Positions 55,214 through 64,000 of a stretch of 64,000 nucleotides of DNA are shown here, piece after piece. The translations under genes were made by a program, and so were the position numbers. The stretch is from the human T2T-CHM13v2.0 reference genome, Homo sapiens. Below the pieces are notes generated by a model. It searched no databases. It was not told where the DNA came from and was given only the letters and a program-made list of their open reading frames with translations. Position 1 is the stretch's first letter, and each line of letters begins with the position of its first letter. Location of the stretch: assembly GCF_009914755.1 (NCBI RefSeq), contig NC_060936.1; one strand, 5' to 3'.

Positions 55214-55649
55214 TAGAAAATTAGAAAAATCAATATAAAACTTGTGTTTTTCCTGAGTATTGTACCTGATTTAAATAAGCTAGGGATGCCAACTGAGGGA
55301 TTCTTCGCCACCTAAGGAATTCTTGGCCACAGCCTGAGCTATATTATTGGCATAACTCTTTCTAATCTTAATGACCAACCCCACTATATTTGTAGAGTCC
55401 TTGGCTGGGTACATACTTATCAGCCTAGCTTCACAGTCAAAATAAGCCTCACACAGACCACTGTATCTTTCTGGGCCCTCCCTAAGAACAAGTATCCTTG
55501 GATAGGCCCCTTTATCATAATTGCAAGGGCCTGTACATCTGCCCATTATTTGGTATGAAAAAAATGATTTTGGAGTAAAATGCCACTATTCTGAAGGAGT
55601 TTTTCTATTTTCTTTTTAAAAACTCTTTCCAATCCCCTGGCTCCACCCA

Positions 55650-55695
55650 GCATACACACAACACACACATACACACACACACACACTCACACACA
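55650..55695. repeat. Imperfect (CA)n
   Basis: catacacacaacacacacatacacacacacacacactcacacac. Confidence 0.9.
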
Positions 55696-57219
55696 TTTCT
55701 CTCAACATATGTGTTCCCCCAACAAACAGACACAAACATCTTGACCTTTACATCCAAATGTGGTCCCCAGAAAACCAAAAGAAGTAAACATAAAGCAGTT
55801 ATCTCTGCATCATAACAAAAATTTTGCAATATCATTAACACCTTCTAATCCTATCTTCATCACCACGTGCATACTATATACAAGAAAAAAGTATTCTCTA
55901 GCTCATTCCTGAGGAATACGAAAAACAAGATTGATAAAGGCTGCGTTAGTGCTTAAGTTAAAAGAGAATGTATAGGGATGACCAGTGATTCTTCCATAAA
56001 CCTTGAAGAATGTTTGGCTCAAAGAGATAAGCTCCTAACAACTCAGTGCATGGAGGGGGAAAGCATGAAACAGGGAGCAGAAAGGAATACTGCATTTAGT
56101 CAAAACTTCAGAAGAAATCATTGAGAACAGCCATAATAAAATTTAGACAGAAGTAGATTTAACTTGAACACTGTTGGGAATTGCAGTTCCCCTGATTGCC
56201 AGAGGCTTTGTATATCTTTTATATTTTATTAGCAATTTCTCCCTGAAAAAGGAAGCAGACACACAGTATTCACTTTATATTAACAATGCATCATTTTTAT
56301 CCTCTTGCTTACTCTGGGTCATTTCTTTATAGTTTGCAGAAGATGTATACAAACTCCCCACTGACCTCCAGTCTAACAATAGAGTTCTAATCATTCTAGA
56401 ATAGATGTAAAACTTTGACATCCATTCTACAAGAAATTTCCAAGCAACATGGGATTCTGGGATTGTACATCTCATTAACAGAACACTAGTGTTTTATTAA
56501 TTTGGCAGTTATGTGCTAGATGAAGTTGAGCCAGGACGGATGGCTTAGGACACTGCTACACTGATTGCTATGCAGCAGAATTGCTTGCTTACTTGGCTGC
56601 GTGCACAACTAAAATGCAATTTCCATGAAGCCGAGAACTATATTGTTTTTATATCTTCAGCCCCAATTGTCATTAAATATTTGAATAATAAGTGAATGGA
56701 GTTTCTTAAAGTTTTTAAGATCCAGAGTAAGGAGGAGCTGAACTCACTGGGTAGCAGTGGCAAAATACAAATATTTCCCATGAGGTTTCCTCTAAAAGGA
56801 TCAGAACAGGATTACACACAGGCAGGACAATCTTCTAACAGGTCTCTGGGTCCAGTGAAACTGGCATGGATAAGGATCAGGATCTACCAACTTTTTAGCC
56901 AACAGGTATTGGCATAAAGCAACACGATTTTTCAAAGGAAACAAGATGGAAAAGATAAAGAAAAGAGGCAAAACATACGAAGGAAGAAGAGAAAACATGG
57001 GAGGCCACATACAAATCAGAGGTCTGTCATTCTGCCTCAGCAGCCCTCAGATCACAGGCTGGTGCATCTGACCCACGCGATCTATGGACTTCGCAGTGTG
57101 TGTACAGGCCAATGTATTTACAATAGCATAACTGCTCATAGATCAAGAGTTTCTGGGCACTGATGCACATTTTCTTATGCATGGAGATGAGGCAATTTGG
57201 AAAAATCTAGCCAATTTAG

Positions 57220-57534
<315 letters not shown>

Positions 57535-57874
57535 TACCAATTTAGTTCTTACTGATGCCTATTATGGTAAGATTTTCTGACCCCAAACTCAGGATACGTT
57601 GTCTGATCAATGTCTTGTCCGATAGGGGGGACACTGAATTCCAGGACTGCTCCAGAAGATTTAAAATACATGTTTTAAAATCCCTTTTATTGAAATTCCA
57701 GACCATGAAAAAAAACCACAAAAGGTACTCTAAAATTGATCCTAAACCCAACTCCCCAGTTCAAAACTCAAGATGCTTTATAGAACTTATAACCAACTCT
57801 GTTGAAAACATTGATTCTCTACATACACAGCACTCCTTACACTAGATGTGCAAGGACTTTTCCAAAACTATTCA

Positions 57875-58608
57875 ATTCTCTAGGGAACACCCACTGGTTG
57901 TCCTATAATTTAATTCAATTTTAACATTATCTACCTGTAGTTAGTGTCAGATCTCACAAGTTCATGGGCTCAGTCCCACAAGATTTCCCCCACTTCAGAT
58001 GCCAATCACAAGTCTGGGCCTCCCATACTTCTGACCCACTGTCTATATTGGGGAATCCTATGACCACTCCCCTTCAGGTTTAATAATTCGCAAGAATAGC
58101 TATTAGAACTCAGGGAAATATTTTACTTTTGTTTGCCAGGTTATTGTAAAGGATATTATAAAAGATAGAGATGGATAGCCAGACGAAGAGGTACATAGGA
58201 AGTAGTCCAGTAGGGTTCCAAGCATGGCAGCCTCTGTCCCTGTGCAGTTAGGGTATGCCACCCTGTAGGATTGTGGATGCATTCACCAACCCAGGAACTC
58301 ATCAAATTTCATCGCTCAAGAGTTTTTGTAGAACTTAATCTCCAAGCTCTCCCCCTTCCTGGAGGTGAGGGGATAGGGCTGAAAATTCCAGACCTCCGAT
58401 TGCTTGGTCTTTCTGGTGACCAGCCTATCTTGAGGCTATCTAGGGACTCCACTGTAAGTCCTATCATTAGCATAAATGCAAATGTGTGTAAAAGGGTCTC
58501 ATTATGAAAAACAAAAGACACTGTTATCATTCAGGAAATTTCAAGGGTTTTAGGAGCTCTGTGCCAGGAACTAGAAACAAAGACCAAATTTTTTTTATTA
58601 TACCTCAC
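57875..58608. mobile_element. MER21-family ERVL LTR (partial)
   Basis: tctacctgtagttagtgtcagatctcacaag...gggctcagtcccacaaga...ccacttcagatgcca...aagggttttaggagctctgtgccaggaac. Confidence 0.8.
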
Positions 58609-58685
58609 CAACCCTCCATATAAACCATAATTAAATATCCTAAATGCAAAAACTGTAAATATATATTCTATTATTTTTATGTCCT

Positions 58686-59152
58686 TGTGATAGTTAAATT
58701 TATGTGTCATTATGGTCAGGCTAAAGGATGCCCAGATAGCTGGTAAAACATTATTTCTTAGTATTTCTGAATGTACCTCTAAAAATGTTTCTGGAAGGGA
58801 TTAGCATTTGCATCTGCAGACTGATACAGTAGTTCGCCCTCATCAATGTGGCTAAGCTTCCCTAATCTGTTAAGGGTCCAAATCGAACAAACAAAATAGA
58901 GAAAGGGGGAATTCATTCTCCATTTGAGATGGGATGTCCATTTTCTCCTGCCCTTAGACATTGGAGCTCTTTGTGGCCCTTCAGACTTGAACTGAATTAA
59001 CACCATTAGTTCTCCTCGTTCTTCAGCTTGCAGACAGCAGATCATGGAACTTCTCAGCCTCCCTAATTGCATGAGACAATTCTCATAACAAATTGACAGA
59101 TTGATCGACTGATGATTGATAGATTAGATAGATAGATAGATGATAGATAGAT

Positions 59153-59208
<56 letters not shown>

Positions 59209-59247
59209 TAGATCCTATTAGTTCTGCTTCAAAACTGGACCAATACA
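58686..59247 (+). mobile_element. MLT2 (MLT2D-like) ERVL solo LTR
   Basis: tgtgatagttaaatttatgtgtca...ggatgcccagatagctggtaaaacattatttct...ccaataca; TSD gtcct / gtcca. Confidence 0.88.
59127..59208 (+). repeat. Compound tetranucleotide STR (GATA)3 GAT (GATA)2 GAT (GATA)14
   Basis: Counted directly; pure run 59153-59208. Confidence 0.95.
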
Positions 59248-59944
59248 GTCCACTTGGTATTTAAGTTACTTTAATAAGAAGTAGGCTTTCATGAAATTTA
59301 CTATCCTGGTTTAATTTCTTTAAAATAATTTTCCTTGAATTTTAACTTTTAGAAAACAAATGAGAGATGTTTTCATTCAATCAGTTCTTTCACGCTGAAA
59401 AACTATTGTATAAATGGAACGATGAGAATGGTTTTTTCCCCTACCTATCTCCAAGGCTGAATGAGAGCTGCTTATGACAAATTATGGGGTGGGCTTTAAC
59501 GCAGATGTGTCTGAATCTCGGAAACTATATCTGTATGAAGACCCAGACAAAGGTAGCATGCTGAGTAGAGTCAGGAGAAAATACCTAGGAAATATGTAAC
59601 TCTGAGGAGTTAATGTGTTTACAATTACAAAATCTTGTGTCAGTGGTTGTTGGTAAGGTGACTAGCATCTAATAGTAGAAAGGACCCAGAAATCCTCAGT
59701 GCCTGTATGCAGTTCAGAAGCTGCCTGTTTGACATATGTTACACAGTATTCTTTCCTTTGGATTAAAAAAAATAATAACCCAAAAGAGGAAAAGTAAGGT
59801 CCCCTCTAACCACTAATTAAGCCCTATCCCCTTATCTGTCTCTCTCTCTACCCCCTCCATAGGTAACTGTTAAGAGTTGATATTTACTACTCCAGGTCTC
59901 TATAATTTTTATTACTTGTATTATCTCATGACTATATATAATTT

Positions 59945-60188
59945 TATTATCACTTTTGGGGTTGGGGGTTTTGTTTTACAATTGAAGTATATTTTACAAA
60001 TAATAAAGTATACAAACTCTTGAGAATTCAGCTCGGTGTATTTTTTACCTATATGTTTCCATTGGACAATCAATACTTTGAAACTTTCTAAACCCAGAAG
60101 GCTTCCTCGGGTCCTTTTCAAGTGAACATCCCCTGACCCCAAAGGTAACCACTATTCTCAGCCTTTTACCACAGATTAATTTTGCCTA
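59945..60188 (-). mobile_element. L1M 3' terminal fragment
   Basis: attgaagtata...cccagaaggcttcctc...ggtaaccactattct...agattaattttgcct. Confidence 0.7.
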
Positions 60189-60604
60189 AGGTCAGATGCA
60201 AATTTTGGGACTAAGAAATCCCTTATCACTGCTGTTTGTGATTATGGATTATTTAAAAATTAGAATATGAACAATAAAATAGACTGGTTGTAAAATGGCA
60301 TAGATATTTTTAGATGTTTCAAAAATCCTTTCAGTAACTTCCTTTGCTTCAGGGTCAAAGTGGTGAGGAGCAGGGCATGTGTGCAGACAACAGAGATTTC
60401 CTGAATTGATGCCTTCATTCTCTGGCCCACGGAAGGGAGGTCAGGTTGTCTTTATCCAAAATTCAGAGGAAAAGCCTCTGTAGGTTTCCAGAAGGTTAGG
60501 AGACTAGGCCTCATAAGAAGTCTGTTTGAGGCTGTGGGGAGGGGCCTCGCCTAGGAGCCCTCCATCACTTGTGTATGCTACGAAATTTAAAAGTGGCAGC
60601 CTCA

Positions 60605-60885
60605 GCCGGGCGTGGTGGCTCACACGTGTAATCCCAGCACTTTGGGAGGCTGAGGCAGATGGATCGCTTGGCTCGGGAGTTCAAAACCAGCCTGGGCAAC
60701 ATGGTGAAACCCCATCTCTACCGAAAATACAGAAAATTAGCCAGGCGTAATGGCATGCGCCTGGGGGTCTGAGGTAGGAGGATTGCTTGAGCCCAGAAAG
60801 TCGAGGCTGCAGTGAGCCAAGATGGCACCACTGCACTCCAGCCTGGGTGACAAAGTGAGAACCTGTCTCAAAAAAAAAAAAAAAA
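60605..60885 (+). mobile_element. AluJ with a right-arm deletion
   Basis: gcctgg|gggtctgagg lacks the tagtcccagctact segment; TSD aaaagtggcagcct / aaaagtgatagcct. Confidence 0.9.
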
Positions 60886-61105
60886 GTGATAGCCTTTAGT
60901 TACTTGGGTTGCACTCTTCGGTGTGTCACATCAAAGCCCAGAGTAGATCTGAACAACAGAAGAGACACACACCAAATGACCCACCATGCTATGACTCTAG
61001 CCCAGACATTTGGGGATGTTCAAGCTGTGTCCACTTGGGACTTTGCCGTTACAACAATAACTAGCATTTACTGAGCATCCACTCTGGGTCAGGCATAGGG
61101 AGCTA

Positions 61106-61937
<832 letters not shown>

Positions 61938-61999
61938 TAAGTGTTAGCCGACACTGGACCCAGGTCTGCCAAATTCCTAGCTTGGGATTTATTTTTGCC

Positions 62000-62427
62000 T
62001 GTGGTAAATTGATTGTAGTAATAGCCCCCAGTTCTTTACTCCTCCCTAGGTCTGTGACCTTGCCATGTAACTCTACAGTTCCTGCCTATTTTGACTGCAC
62101 TCAGCCATGTGACTTGCATTGGCCAATGATATGACACATATAGACTTGCAAAGCACTTTCGCAGTTGAGCTTACCTGCTCTTACTCCTCCATCGTGGCCT
62201 GATACCATGTGTGGGCTAAATAGAAATAGTACCAAGTCACCCTGGTAGTCCCACTGAGGCTGTCAGAAATCAGCCAACAGCCAAACAACTCCCAAACATG
62301 TTAGTGAGCCCACCCAGAACATCTGAGTCCTGTCAAATTTTGAGCTAACCAAATGCTTCTTGTTGTAAGCCACTGAGGTTGTGTGGTTGTTGATGCAGAA
62401 TTGTTGTGGCAATAGATGATTAATACA
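62000..62427 (+). mobile_element. MLT1G/H-like MaLR solo LTR
   Basis: tgtggtaaattgattg...ccatgtgacttgcattggccaat...taagccactgaggtt...gcaatagatgattaataca. Confidence 0.75.
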
Positions 62428-62439
62428 CTACACTGCCCC

Positions 62440-62600
62440 TGCAGTTAGACTGCCTAGGTTTGAATCCCAGCTCCAATACTAGCTGAGTGACCTTGGGAAG
62501 TTACTCAACATCTCTGTGCTTCAGTTTCCTGGAAATGAGGAATGTAGACGTATAATGTGGATTATTGTAGTATCTATTTCATAGGGTATTTCTAAAAATG
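62440..62600 (+). mobile_element. MIR
   Basis: gactgcctaggtttgaatcccagctcc...gtgaccttgggaagttactcaacatctctgtgcttcagtttcct. Confidence 0.85.
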
Positions 62601-62607
62601 TAAAAGC

Positions 62608-63570
62608 TTTTTTATGACATATAAATTATATAAAATACACTGTACAAACCTTTAGTGTACATATTGATGGATTTTTACATACACTTATACACATGTATAT
62701 ATGCTCATATAACCACTAACAAGATCCAAATATTTCAGATCTTCAAAATGTCCCTTTATCCCTGCCTGATCAGTAGCTCCTCAAAAGTAAGCACTATTCT
62801 GACTTCCATCATCATGTATTAGTTTGGTCTGTTTTTGAAATTCACATAAACAGAATACAATATGTACTCTGTTGGGCTTACCATATTTCACTTGTGTGAC
62901 TCTGTGTGAGATCATCCATACACTTCAGTATAGCAGTGGTTTGTTCCTTTTCATTACTATGTAATATTGCATGGCATGAATACACCATAATTATTATCTA
63001 TTCTGTTCACATTGATGGACATTTGAGTTTATTCCACTTTGGAGCTTTTATAAATAAAACATTACAAACATTCTTGTACATGTCTTTTAGTGGATATAAG
63101 ATCTCATTTATATTTTACTCATATACCCAGGAGCAGAACTGTTGGATCATAGGTTATACATATGTTTAGATTTATGAATGCTGCCAAAACAGTTTTCTAA
63201 AATGTTGTGCCAATTTACAATCCCATTAGCAATGTATGAGTGTTACGATTAATTCATATTCTTGCCTGCATTAAGGGATAAAAAGTCAAGTCATAGACTG
63301 AGAGAAGATTTTATAACAATATATAATTGACAACTTTCTGAAGAAAGAACTACAAATCAACTGACCAATCAAAAACTTCTACAAAAGCAATATAGACAGT
63401 TCAATTAAAAATGGGCAAATGACCTGATCAGCTCTTCAAAAAAGAAGATGTTCAAACGGCATATAACAGGTTCATCAACATTTGTTATCAGAGAGAGATG
63501 CAAATTAAACCATAATGAGACAACATTACTATCAAGAATGCTAAAATTAAAACTATTGACAATGCCAGGG
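62608..63570 (-). mobile_element. L1M(E-like) 3' end (62608-~63271, minus) with an inverted 5' segment (~63272-63570, plus)
   Basis: Minus part: gatggacatttgagtt, tatacccaggag, aatttacaatcccattagcaatgtatgag. Plus part: catagactgagagaaga, aaaaatgggcaaa, gatgcaaattaaaccataatgaga. Confidence 0.8.
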
Positions 63571-63574
63571 GTTT

Positions 63575-64000
63575 TCTTTTGTTTTTAATAGATGGCATCC
63601 AACATACACATCATTCAGCAACCTGTTGTTCAGTTAACATACAGGCTTAGAGAGCTGAACATGTTGCTACAAATATAACTAACTCATTCCTTTTAAGTTC
63701 CCTTTAGAATTCCGTAGTATAAAAATACCACAGTTCATTTCAACATTTCCATTCCAATGGAAATTTACTGTTCCAAATGAACAGTAACGAACAATCATAT
63801 ATGCCTCCTTGTGCACATGTGCAAATGTTTCTCCAGAGTAGACAATAGGGGATAAAGTTTGTGTGTCACAGAGAATGTGTATTTTTAGCTTTAATCATTA
63901 CTAGAAAAATCACCTCTTTATCAGCTGTATTAGTCGGCTGTCCTGCCAATAGTGTATGAGACATCTAATTTAAAAAATTAGATGTCATCCAATTTTTAAT
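63575..64000 (-). mobile_element. Another old L1M fragment running to the window end
   Basis: actcattcctttt...ataccacagttcatt...ttgtgcacatgtgcaaatgtttct...ccaatagtgtatgaga. Confidence 0.6.

Overview
This is human non-coding genomic DNA (intergenic or deep intronic). Species is inferred from the diagnostic 7-bp duplication of the human-specific AluYb8 subfamily at the window start. The window is AT-rich and CpG-poor, with no CpG island and no protein-coding exon or RNA gene I can support. None of the listed ORFs resembles a protein I recognise, and many are read-throughs of Alu, THE1/MaLR, L1, L2 or simple repeats. A large part is interspersed repeat: about 13 Alus, two full LTR-int-LTR THE1 (MaLR) elements with TSDs, solo LTRs (MLT1, MST, MLT2, MER21), L1M/L1P fragments, many MIR/L2 fossils, and DNA transposons (MER20, MER115, MER58A, MER5, MER1B, Tigger3/MER7, MADE1). 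Repeat families were recognised by eye from remembered consensus sequences, so subfamily labels and ends without TSDs are approximate. I found no evidence for a novel multi-gene system. The most interesting signals are local: a young AluYb8; a four-level transposon nest; a Tigger3 MITE with an inverted duplicate of its own right end; an old L1 with twin-priming geometry; several fold-back or templated insertions; gain and loss of DUX4 motifs in MaLR LTRs; and two motif-dense candidate enhancers (about 17.96 kb and 48.5-49.0 kb).
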